From Opitutia bacterium (GTDB lineage: Bacteria; Verrucomicrobiota; Verrucomicrobiia; Opitutales; T3Sed10-336), in the NCBI GenBank assembly GCA_050506795.1, contig JBJHCF010000013.1, forward strand, positions 34,151 through 98,150: a DNA stretch of 64,000 bases, written 5' to 3'. Shown here one piece after another: positions 32,101 through 40,894 of this stretch. Positions within the stretch are counted from its first letter, which is position 1. Every line of letters begins with the position of its first letter. The position numbers and the translations under genes were made by a program. The notes under the pieces are model-generated. The model did not search any database and was not told the DNA's origin. It saw nothing but the letters and a program-made list of their open reading frames with translations.

Positions 32101-33152
32101 TGCCCAACGGCGATAACTCGTCCGACCGGAGCACCGCACATTTTGAGGCCCTCGGTGATTACGAGCTCACTGTTACGGTAACGGATGAGGGCGGTTTGTC
32201 GGTTTCCAGCAGCGTCTCGGTCCGGGTGACACCGTTGCCGTCGGGAATCGAAGTTCTACCCCGTTCCGCCAGTCTGACCATAGGGGAAAGTCTTTTGTTT
32301 GGCGCGGTTCTGCTGGACCAGTTCGACGAGGCCATGGACGAACAACCGGACTCGTTTCAATGGTCGACGACCGGCGGCGGTATTGACAGTTCCGGGTTGT
32401 TTGTGGCCGATACCGTGGGAGAAAGTTTCACCATCTCCGCCAGCACCCCGGCGCCGGAAGGGCAGGGGACCACGGGAACGCTCGTGTTCGCCGAGGGAGA
32501 GATTATCGACTACGCATTGGTTTCCGTGTTTCCGGCCGAGGCATTGGTGACGCTTGGAAACCTGGTCCAGGTTTTCGACGGGGAGCCGAAACCGGTTTCC
32601 GTGACCACCGACCCACCCGGTCTGTCGGTAACGGTCACCTACGACGGCGATCCGGAGCCCCCGGCGGATCCCGGAAGTTACGCGGTTCTGGCGGTGGTCG
32701 ACGATCTGAATTACCAGGGGAGCGCAGAGGGAACCCTGTTGATCGAAGAGGCGGAGGACGAACTTTCGGCCTACGCCTCCTGGCGCGAGACCTTTTTCGG
32801 TGAAAACTCGGCGGACGATCCGCAAGCCGCGCCCGACGCCGACCCCGACGGCGACGGCTGGCCCAACTGGGCCGAGTTCTACCTGGAAACCGACCCCACC
32901 GATTCCCGGTCGAAGCCGGAGTTTCGTCTGGAAAACGTGGATACCGACAATAACACCGTGACGTTGTTCATCCGTCCGGCGCCCGAAACCGGCGGCTTTT
33001 TTCTTCAAGGTGCTCCCTCGCCGTCCGGACCCTGGGGCGAGGAGAAGGAACTCGAACTGGACGAAGCGAACCTGGAAGCGGGCATCATCGTGGAGATCGC
33101 CCCGGGCGAAACCTTCTTCCGCCTCATCTACCGCGCTCCGCCGGTGCAGTGA
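29172..33152 (+). CDS. Secreted multidomain S8 (subtilisin-like) serine peptidase
   Basis: Catalytic triad GMWDGG / NHATHVGGT / SGTSMSAP, plus GRIKPDI. Followed by beta-sandwich/Ig-like domains, an MBG-like repeat and DADPDGDG near the C-terminus. Start uncertain (29172 or 29193). Confidence 0.92.
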   Translation: MGEFSRCMKRSKRPLFVCRCLFGIVALFWWGHFAAFADDAETSFPGPEWSGIGEILRELDLSVPSQRDLAVMRIRTFEEERRENALVRARERGLPLRVEFPDDTVKEIALFDDEDRPVYFTTHNDQAAISTAADLLHGPDYGLDGGGIIIGMWDGGAARAGHQEFAGGRMMVMDGASSINHATHVGGTLIASGVVARAKGMAPAAIVESYDWNNDKSEMASRAATGPGDDNAIYLSNHSYGYVAGWFRTGGSDPAYIWYGSGSTASSTDPRFGQYNSHARDSDALAYNAPYYLMFRSAGNDRNENPANGQTVQLSPGSTSTTTYDSSIHPAGDGVYRGGYDTISFDAVAKNVITVGAVSDAVSGGVRDPSVAVVSSVSSWGPTDDGRIKPDIMANGVSLYSTLNTSNSAYGNMSGTSMSAPNAAGTAALLIQKYSRLFPGEAMRASTLKGLLIHTADDLGTPGPNYQYGWGLLNGEAAADLIRDHADNPLKIRMGEHQLTSGDPAHSHEFVWNGAEPIRVTLSWTDPAGSATTSSDNRSPRLRNNLDVRVVGPDGSVYHPYVMPFVGTWTVESMSLPATTGVNNTDNVEQVFIAAPPAPGVYRAEVSYQGSLTNNQQYYSLLVSGSSAEEPPPPPLSLSGVSPASAASGNHVTLDISGTALSTVTAIQLTREGFPSIAAGNLRMAGGVLRVEVDLTGAAAGKWNVAAESEEETAVLAEGFTVVAALYSENFDGAVTGWTSEAVTGSNSWVLTDERAHTPPNAYFAAAPSTRTTTWLVSPAIDIPETASAMQLRFWHYFDLQSSQDGGRLEISTDNGSTWFGVEDADSGVSFASNGYNATISHTGPPPNRSDFQGQQAWSGNSNGFIETILNFNQTDKFAGQTLRFRWGLATNASVASPGWYVDSIVLTGEGDFTNEPPVIVSPASTAAAETVVEEEREYDLVPGTLVELEVQATDDGGPDNLTYTWASSGPGPVFFLPNGDNSSDRSTAHFEALGDYELTVTVTDEGGLSVSSSVSVRVTPLPSGIEVLPRSASLTIGESLLFGAVLLDQFDEAMDEQPDSFQWSTTGGGIDSSGLFVADTVGESFTISASTPAPEGQGTTGTLVFAEGEIIDYALVSVFPAEALVTLGNLVQVFDGEPKPVSVTTDPPGLSVTVTYDGDPEPPADPGSYAVLAVVDDLNYQGSAEGTLLIEEAEDELSAYASWRETFFGENSADDPQAAPDADPDGDGWPNWAEFYLETDPTDSRSKPEFRLENVDTDNNTVTLFIRPAPETGGFFLQGAPSPSGPWGEEKELELDEANLEAGIIVEIAPGETFFRLIYRAPPVQ

Positions 33153-33285
33153 CACACCTCGGGAACGCGGGCGTTCCGTCCGCGCGCGGTTGCCACTGTG
33201 ATGGGGCACGCATTTTCGGCCCGGTGCATTCGTATCCAAAGTCGCGGGTTGCGTAATCGATTCACCTGTTTTTCCCTTAGACGCA

Positions 33286-34158
33286 ATGTGGCAATACCGG
33301 TTAACGATTTCGGAGGAGCAGGCGTCGCGGTTGGAGGAATGTGAGGACACCGGGGGGTGGTTCCATTTTCGGGATGTGTTGGCGAAGCGCGATTACCTGG
33401 TCGGGTATTTCGATGGCGAAAGCACCGCTGCCCTGGGGCTGGCCGGGTTGCGCACTGCACTGGGGAATCTTCCGGAACTGGATCTGGCCGAGCGGGAACC
33501 CCTTGAGGACCGGGACTGGAAGGAAGCGTACAAGGAGCATTTCCGTCCCTGGTCCTACCAGGGTTTGCACTGGGTTCCGGTCTGGGAGCGTGAGACGTAT
33601 GTCGTGCCCGGCGAAGAGGTCGTGATCTGGCTGGACCCGGGAATGGCCTTCGGAACCGGGAACCATGAAACGACCCGTTTGTGCGTGGAGCGCATGATTG
33701 CTTTTCGGGCTCTGCTGTTGGCGCGGGGCAGGGACCTGGCGGAGTGTTCGGTGCTGGACGCCGGTTCCGGTTCGGGAATCCTGGCGCTCTCCGCCGCGCG
33801 CATGGGGTTCGGGCCGGTGGCCGGTTTCGACAACGATGCCGAAGCGGTGACGATCAGCCGGGAAAACGCGGCGGTCAACGGGCTGGAGCGCCAAGTGGAG
33901 TTTTACGTGGCCGGTTTGCCGGAGGGGCTCGAAGGCCGCCGGGCGGACCTGGTGCTGGCCAATATCCAGAGCGACATCCTCCGCATCTACGCCGCCGCCC
34001 TTTGTGACGCGGTGGCCCCGGGCGGGATGCTGGCCATGAGCGGTATTCTGGCGGAGGAGGTCGAACCGGTGCGCGACAGGTTCCTTGAGGTGAGGCCCGG
34101 ACTGAAGATCGAATACCGCACGCTCGGAGAGTGGGCGGACTTGGTTTTGAGTTTTTAG
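33286..34158 (+). CDS. prmA: Ribosomal protein L11 methyltransferase
   Basis: EDRDWKEAYKEHF, LDPGMAFGTGNHETT, VLDAGSGSGIL, LANI and SGIL. Confidence 0.9.
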   Translation: MWQYRLTISEEQASRLEECEDTGGWFHFRDVLAKRDYLVGYFDGESTAALGLAGLRTALGNLPELDLAEREPLEDRDWKEAYKEHFRPWSYQGLHWVPVWERETYVVPGEEVVIWLDPGMAFGTGNHETTRLCVERMIAFRALLLARGRDLAECSVLDAGSGSGILALSAARMGFGPVAGFDNDAEAVTISRENAAVNGLERQVEFYVAGLPEGLEGRRADLVLANIQSDILRIYAAALCDAVAPGGMLAMSGILAEEVEPVRDRFLEVRPGLKIEYRTLGEWADLVLSF

Positions 34159-34178
34159 TTCCTCGTTCTTCGTTTGTA
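34144..34178. repeat. Degenerate heptamer tandem repeat
   Basis: GTTTTGA GTTTTTA GTTCCTC GTTCTTC GTTTGTA, with GTT at exact period 7. Confidence 0.55.
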
Positions 34179-34227
34179 AGGAAAAGGCAATCGACAACCG
34201 AATCACGGACAACCAGCAACAAGACTC

Positions 34228-34986
34228 ATGCAAAACAAGACTGTGATAGTGACCGGGGCCGGCCGGGGTATCGGGCTGGCGGTGGCGGAGCGGCTGCTTC
34301 GCGAAGGGGCCAAGGTGGTGATCGCGGAGTGCGATGCCGAGGCCGGCCGTCGGGCGATCGGGCTTTTGGCCGCGGGGGAGCGCTGCCGGTTTGTCGAAAC
34401 CGATGTGGCCGACGAGAATTCCGTGGCTTCCATGGTGGCGGGAACCCTCGAGACATTTGGGGCGATCGATGGCCTGGTGAACAATGCCGGGTTGGCCGAC
34501 GGACATTCGGGACCGGTGGAGTCGCTTTCCCTCGACGCCTGGCAACGGGTGATCGCGGTGAATCTCACCGGCGTCTTTCTCTGTGCCAAACACGCCGTGC
34601 CCGCTTTGCGGAAGGCGCGTGGAGCAATTGTCAATATCGCCTCGACCCGCGCATTGATGTCCGAACCGGAGACCACTTCGTACGCCGCAAGCAAGGGAGG
34701 GGTGGTGGCTCTGACCCATTCGCTGGCGCTGAGTCTCGGTCCGGACGTGCGCGTGAACTGCGTGTCGCCCGGCTGGATCGACGTGCGCGGATGGCGGACC
34801 GGTCTGGACGAGCCCGTGCCGCCGCTGGCGGAGTCACATCACCGGCATCATCCGGTCGGCCGGGTGGGGAGTCCGCGCGACATTGCCGCCATGGTCCTCC
34901 ACCTGTTGTCGCCCGAGCAGGGCTTTGTCACCGGTCAGAACCTGGTGGTGGATGGTGGAATGACAAAGAAAATGATCTACCGGTAG
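34228..34986 (+). CDS. Short-chain dehydrogenase/reductase
   Basis: TGAGRGIG, NNAG, YAASKGG and VNCVSPGWI. Confidence 0.93.
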   Translation: MQNKTVIVTGAGRGIGLAVAERLLREGAKVVIAECDAEAGRRAIGLLAAGERCRFVETDVADENSVASMVAGTLETFGAIDGLVNNAGLADGHSGPVESLSLDAWQRVIAVNLTGVFLCAKHAVPALRKARGAIVNIASTRALMSEPETTSYAASKGGVVALTHSLALSLGPDVRVNCVSPGWIDVRGWRTGLDEPVPPLAESHHRHHPVGRVGSPRDIAAMVLHLLSPEQGFVTGQNLVVDGGMTKKMIYR

Positions 34987-34987
34987 G

Positions 34988-35626
34988 TCACCACCAGCCG
35001 GTGACGAATCCCTGCGCTCCCTTGACGGCGAATACGCCGGCGTTGCTGGCCAGGTGGGCGGCGAAACAGGGGATGAGCGAGGCCTTCGGGTTCAACGCGT
35101 AAAAACGCACGGTGTAGAACCAGAGGGAATTGATAAAAACAATGGAGGTGCTGAACCAGGCGCTGGTGGAAAAATCCAGGGTGAAGGTACCCTCCCAAAA
35201 ACGCCAAGCCGATTCGCCCGAATCAAAGTCCCACAGGAAAGGATGGGCCAGGGTGAAGAGGGTGGAGAAAAAGAGGATGCTGATGATGAGCATCGCCCGT
35301 CCGCGCTTTTGCACCACCAGGTAACCTCGGAAAATCAGCTCCTCAAAGAAGGCGGCGGTCAGCATGAAGACGCCGAACAGAACCGTGATCTCCGATTGGT
35401 CCTCGACGATTCTCAGCGCGTACTCGCCCCCGACTTCCGCCCCGAGGATGATCATGGCTCCGCCCACCGCGACCAGGATGGCGGTGGCCGGGGCGGGAAA
35501 TGCTCCCGGGAGGGCGCCCGCCGGCGTCTCGCCTTTGGCGATGGATCGGTAATCACTTAGCCAGAGGTGGAAGAGGTACGCTGCTCCCCCCAGCATGAGG
35601 AGGATCAATACAGGATTGTCAGTCAT
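34988..35626 (-). CDS. CPBP (CAAX/Abi) family intramembrane glutamic endopeptidase
   Basis: Hydrophobic protein with EELIFRG, FTLAH and H-x3-N (HLASN). Confidence 0.85.
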   Translation of the reverse strand: MTDNPVLILLMLGGAAYLFHLWLSDYRSIAKGETPAGALPGAFPAPATAILVAVGGAMIILGAEVGGEYALRIVEDQSEITVLFGVFMLTAAFFEELIFRGYLVVQKRGRAMLIISILFFSTLFTLAHPFLWDFDSGESAWRFWEGTFTLDFSTSAWFSTSIVFINSLWFYTVRFYALNPKASLIPCFAAHLASNAGVFAVKGAQGFVTGWW

Positions 35627-35723
35627 TATTGTTTTCGCTTATGGTGACGATCAGGAGATTTATATTGCTACCATCCCGGCCGCTCGGGTTTGATAATTCA
35701 ACGCAGTCGCCCATAGTTCCATC

Positions 35724-36761
35724 ATGCTTGCAAATGAAAAGTTTCCGAAGCCAAACGGCGCACAAAGCGGATCATCGCTTTTTGTCGCCCTGGCTCCTCA
35801 CATGCAAGCACTTGATGCGTTCCTGGACCGTGAAATCGAACGCTTCGAGCCCGAGGTTCGGGACATGGTGCGCTATTGTCTCGGTCGCGGCGGCAAACGT
35901 CTTCGTCCGTCCCTGGTCTTTTTCTCCGGCTGGCAGGGTGATGCCGCGGTGTCCGATGAATTGGTCAAAGTGGCGGCGGTGATTGAATTGGTGCACCTGG
36001 CCACCCTGGTGCATGATGACATCCTCGATTCCGCCGCGGTACGCCACGGCCGCACAACCGCCAGCCGCAAGTTCGGGGCGGATACGGCGGTTTTGCTCGG
36101 TGACGCGCTGTTTGCCCACGCGGTGAATCTTTCGACCGATTTCCAGACTTCCGAGGTTTGCCGTTTGGTGTCGCTCGCCACTCGACGGGTCTGTTCCGGT
36201 GAGATCGCGCAGAACGCGCGCCGGGGGGCCACAAATTTGTCACTGGAGGAGTATTTTCGTTTGATTGAGCTCAAAACCGCCGAACTTTTCAAAGTGTCGT
36301 GCTTCCTTGGCGCGCGTTTGGGAGGTTACGACGACCGGTTTTGTCAGGCTGCCGGAACCTTCGGTCTCAATCTGGGGATCGGGTATCAGGTTTATGACGA
36401 CCTGGCCGATTTTTTCGGTCGGGAAGAAGACATCGGCAAAACCCTGGGCACCGATCTTGCCGGGGGCAAGTTCACGCTCCCGGTGATCCTATTGTTCCGG
36501 CATCTCGATGACACCGAGAAAAAGGCGTTTTTGTCCGACGCGCGCTCCGGTGACGAGCACAAGATAGACTTTTGGCTGACGGAAATGGCCGAGCGCGGCG
36601 TTGCGGCCGAGGTGGTGAACACGGTGGTCAAAAAGGCGGATGATGCCGAGGCGGCCCTGCTGCCGTTTGTCACCCTGCCGCCGTCTCCCCGCTTGATGCA
36701 ACTGACAGCTTTTTTGAAAGTACGCACGGCTGATGTCGAAGCGGTGCCGGTCAAACATTGA
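35724..36761 (+). CDS. Polyprenyl diphosphate synthase
   Basis: GGKRLRP, HLATLVHDDILD...RHG, KTAELF, QVYDDLAD and GKTLGTDLAGGKFTLP. Confidence 0.93.
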   Translation: MLANEKFPKPNGAQSGSSLFVALAPHMQALDAFLDREIERFEPEVRDMVRYCLGRGGKRLRPSLVFFSGWQGDAAVSDELVKVAAVIELVHLATLVHDDILDSAAVRHGRTTASRKFGADTAVLLGDALFAHAVNLSTDFQTSEVCRLVSLATRRVCSGEIAQNARRGATNLSLEEYFRLIELKTAELFKVSCFLGARLGGYDDRFCQAAGTFGLNLGIGYQVYDDLADFFGREEDIGKTLGTDLAGGKFTLPVILLFRHLDDTEKKAFLSDARSGDEHKIDFWLTEMAERGVAAEVVNTVVKKADDAEAALLPFVTLPPSPRLMQLTAFLKVRTADVEAVPVKH

Positions 36762-36780
36762 TCGCCAGGCGATAGATTTT

Positions 36781-38166
<1,386 letters not shown>

Positions 38167-38189
38167 CGAAGCTGACGGCGAGGCGTCCT

Positions 38190-38840
38190 TTAGAAGCGCT
38201 GACGAGACGGGGGGAATACCCAGCGGGTGGGACTGCTGGGTTCCGGCTCGAGCTGGGACTCTTCGTCCTGCTCCTCACCGCGCATGGCCTGCAAAGCTTC
38301 ACGCTGGAGCCGGTTGAATTGAATGTGCAGTGCGGCGCGCCGGGAAATGAGTTCGGCGGCGGCGGGGGAAATTTCCTTCATCGCGTCCTCGACCCGCTGC
38401 TCGTAGTCGGCGATTCGCTCGGAAAACTCGGGCAGATCGCGCACTTCGCGCAGCAGTGGTTGGAGGTCGGCCCTTAATTCATTAAATTCAGCGAGTTTCC
38501 GCTCCCGATCGAGCTGGTCATTCGGGGTATCGCTGTTCCTTGTCAGTTCGTTCAACAGCGACAGCATTCTTTCGGCTTGTTCCAACTGCTCGGGAAATCG
38601 CTCCGGGAGTTCGATCAAAAGATCCTGATCGATGCCATGTTTGAGCCCGGACAGGGTGGGACTGGATTCCGCCTCCCGGCGAATGGGACGCAGTCTTTCC
38701 TCCACTTGTTGAAGCTCGTCGAGCACTTCCTGCAGGCGTGCCTGCACATCCGGAGGGAAAGAACGTGAGGAACCATTGCTTCCCTGAATCGGAGCATACC
38801 AAAGACTCAATAGGAGCAGCATTCCCAGGAGGCGAACCAT
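38190..38840 (-). CDS. Hypothetical secreted alpha-helical/coiled-coil protein
   Basis: Signal peptide MVRLLGMLLLLSLW and an E/L/Q/R-rich helical body. No family recognised. Confidence 0.65.
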   Translation of the reverse strand: MVRLLGMLLLLSLWYAPIQGSNGSSRSFPPDVQARLQEVLDELQQVEERLRPIRREAESSPTLSGLKHGIDQDLLIELPERFPEQLEQAERMLSLLNELTRNSDTPNDQLDRERKLAEFNELRADLQPLLREVRDLPEFSERIADYEQRVEDAMKEISPAAAELISRRAALHIQFNRLQREALQAMRGEEQDEESQLEPEPSSPTRWVFPPSRQRF

Positions 38841-38856
38841 CCCCACAGGCAACAGA

Positions 38857-38887
38857 ACGGCGCCGCCATTGTCAATGGCGACGCCGT
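38857..38887 (-). terminator. Stem-loop, probable intrinsic terminator after the small ORF
   Basis: On the minus strand, ACGGCGTCGCCATT-GAC-AATGGCGGCGCCGT (one G-U pair) is followed by TCTGTT. Confidence 0.6.
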
Positions 38888-38979
38888 CTTTGTTTACTCC
38901 CCTTATTTCGCGGAATTAACCGCGAGAGGTCTTCTCCTCATCCTTGTCCTCCTCGGAATCGGTGTCTTCGTCCTCCCGG

Positions 38980-39084
38980 TCACCGTTCTTCCTTGTAGGC
39001 GGCGCCTGCCCATGCGGAAATCAGGAATAGTGCCGCGACGACCGGAAGGTCCCAGATCAATGTGTTGATTCGCTTGGTGTTCAT
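38980..39084 (-). CDS. Unannotated small ORF (34 aa, signal-peptide-like), possibly frameshifted from a longer acidic secreted peptide ending near 38916
   Basis: AAGGAGG RBS, then MNTKRINTLIWDLPVVAALFLISAWAGAAYKEER*. The +1 frame continues KNGDREDEDTDSEEDKDEEKTSRG*. Confidence 0.55.
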   Translation of the reverse strand: MNTKRINTLIWDLPVVAALFLISAWAGAAYKEER

Positions 39085-39177
39085 GTTCTCCTCCTTGGCT
39101 TGAGAGTTATTGATTCAGGCATATCCCAAGGCGCTTGATTGGGTTGGGCGTACCGGTTGTCAGTCGCTATCCTGTAG

Positions 39178-39194
39178 TGCATACTTCGTGCCAA
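39178..39194 (-). promoter_or_regulatory. Sigma-54 (-24/-12) promoter
   Basis: Minus strand TTGGCACGAAGTATGCA versus consensus YTGGCACGRNNNTTGCW (one mismatch, GG-N10-GC). It lies next to an NtrC-family gene. Confidence 0.75.
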
Positions 39195-39235
39195 CTCGGA
39201 TTTCGAATGCCAGGAAGGAACTCCTTTTTGTATTT

Positions 39236-39248
39236 TAAGCTGTTGGTA
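39236..39248 (-). promoter_or_regulatory. IHF-like binding site upstream of the sigma-54 promoter
   Basis: Minus strand TACCAACAGCTTA versus WATCAANNNNTTR (one mismatch), in an AT-rich patch about 45 bp upstream of the -24 element. Confidence 0.45.
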
Positions 39249-39393
39249 AATAATGGAAAGCGAATCAGTTGCTGGTTCTGGTTTTACCGGGAGCACCATT
39301 CTCGGTGGTGTGTCATGAGGAAACATGTGGCACTCCGGGATACCTCCAGGGTGTGTTTCTGGGCGCGCTCTGATCGGCATTCCTTGGCGAAAA

Positions 39394-39423
39394 ATCTCAA
39401 ATTCGAAATCTTCGATCTGAAAT
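39394..39423. repeat. Degenerate heptamer tandem repeat
   Basis: ATCTCAA ATTCGAA ATCTTCG ATCTGAA AT. Confidence 0.55.
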
Positions 39424-39508
39424 GCGTTGTCATGCGGCCTCCGAGGGCCAAATGAAAAGCCTTGGGCGCAGGTTCCGGATGCTCTGATTCAGAGGGCCTT
39501 GAATGGGC

Positions 39509-40888
39509 TTATTCCTGGATATAGCGGTACAGGGTTTTCCGCCCGATGCCCAGCAGGGCCGCCGTCCTCCGCTTGTTGCCCCCCATTTTTTCCAGCAGGT
39601 AGCGGGTGTAGCGGACTTTCATTTCTTCCATGGAGGGGAAGGTTTCACCGGTTGAGAGGCCGGCGCCGGTCGCGAACAGTTGGTCATCCGCGGCAGTTTC
39701 TGTGGGCGCCGGGCGGTGGCGGAGGCGTTCCGGTAGATCGACCGAGGTCACCAGTTTTTCCCGGCAAAAGACGACTGCACGGTGAACGATGTTCTGCAGT
39801 TCGCGGACGTTGCCGGGAAAGTCGTGCCGGTGCAGACAATCGAGGGCGTCTTCGGCGAAACCCTCCACCTTGCGCTGTTCCTTTACCGCGTAATGGTGAA
39901 GGAAATAACCCGCGAGCAGGTCGAGATCGTCACCTCGCTCCCGCAGCGCCGGCACGTAGAGGGAAAAGGCTTCCAGGCGATAAAAGAGGTCCTCTCTGAA
40001 TCGCCCGTGGCGGGTCTCTTCCTCCAGGTCGCGGTTGGTCGCGACCACCACCCGCACGTTGACCGGGTGTTCGCGGTTGGCGCCGACCGGACGGATGGCG
40101 CCTTCCTGCAGAACCCGCAACAGCTTCCCTTGCATCGACAATGGCAGTTCTCCCACTTCATCCAGGAACAGGGTTCCCCCATCGGCTTCGTCGAACATTC
40201 CTTTTCGCGCCTTGACGGCTCCGGTGTAGGAGCCGGCGACATGGCCGAAAAGCTCGCTTTCGAGAAGGTTCTCCGGAATTCCTGCGCAGTTTACCGGAAT
40301 GAGAGGCCCTCGGGCGCGGGGTCCTTCTTTATGCATGGCGCGGGCTACAAGTTCCTTCCCGGTGCCGCTCTCGCCGCCGATGGAGACCGGTCCGTCGGCT
40401 CTGGCGATATGTCGGATCTGCTCGAAGAGGCGGCGCATGGGTGCGCTGCCGCCGACAATGCCGTGAAATGAGGTGTTGTTGTCCCGCTCGCGGAACCGTT
40501 GGACGGTTTCCTTGAGTTCGCGAACCTCCAGTGCCCGGCGAACGGCCAGGATCAGGTGATCCAGATCCAGCGGTTTGGTCAGGAAATTGTCGGCGCCGGC
40601 TTTCAGGGCCTCCACTGCCTGGGGAACGCTGCCGTAGGCGGTGATGATCAGGAAGGCGGGCGCGGAAGGGATTTCCGAGCGTCGTTGCAGCAGGGAAAAC
40701 CCATCCTGTCCGGGAAGCCGGAGATCGCTGATTACGAGGTCCGGTTCCCAGCTCTGGGCGGCGGGAATCGCCTCTTCGACGCTGGCGACCGCCTTGGAGA
40801 GGAATCCCGCGTCATCGACTTCGTTGGTCAAAAGGTTTCGCAGTGAGAGGTCGTCCTCCACGATAAGGATTTTTCGGTCGGAGGTCAT
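39509..40888 (-). CDS. Sigma-54-dependent response regulator, NtrC family
   Basis: IVEDD/ISDLRLP receiver, GESGTGKE, ESELFGHVAGSYTGA, FPGNVRELQN and HTH TAALLGIGRKTLYRY. Confidence 0.95.
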   Translation of the reverse strand: MTSDRKILIVEDDLSLRNLLTNEVDDAGFLSKAVASVEEAIPAAQSWEPDLVISDLRLPGQDGFSLLQRRSEIPSAPAFLIITAYGSVPQAVEALKAGADNFLTKPLDLDHLILAVRRALEVRELKETVQRFRERDNNTSFHGIVGGSAPMRRLFEQIRHIARADGPVSIGGESGTGKELVARAMHKEGPRARGPLIPVNCAGIPENLLESELFGHVAGSYTGAVKARKGMFDEADGGTLFLDEVGELPLSMQGKLLRVLQEGAIRPVGANREHPVNVRVVVATNRDLEEETRHGRFREDLFYRLEAFSLYVPALRERGDDLDLLAGYFLHHYAVKEQRKVEGFAEDALDCLHRHDFPGNVRELQNIVHRAVVFCREKLVTSVDLPERLRHRPAPTETAADDQLFATGAGLSTGETFPSMEEMKVRYTRYLLEKMGGNKRRTAALLGIGRKTLYRYIQE

Positions 40889-40894
40889 GAGTGA

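Noticed and set aside
34988..36761. CAAX-type protease divergent from a polyprenyl synthase as a prenylation system
   Set aside because: No prenyltransferase or substrate peptide is visible. Both families are widespread, so the adjacency is probably incidental.
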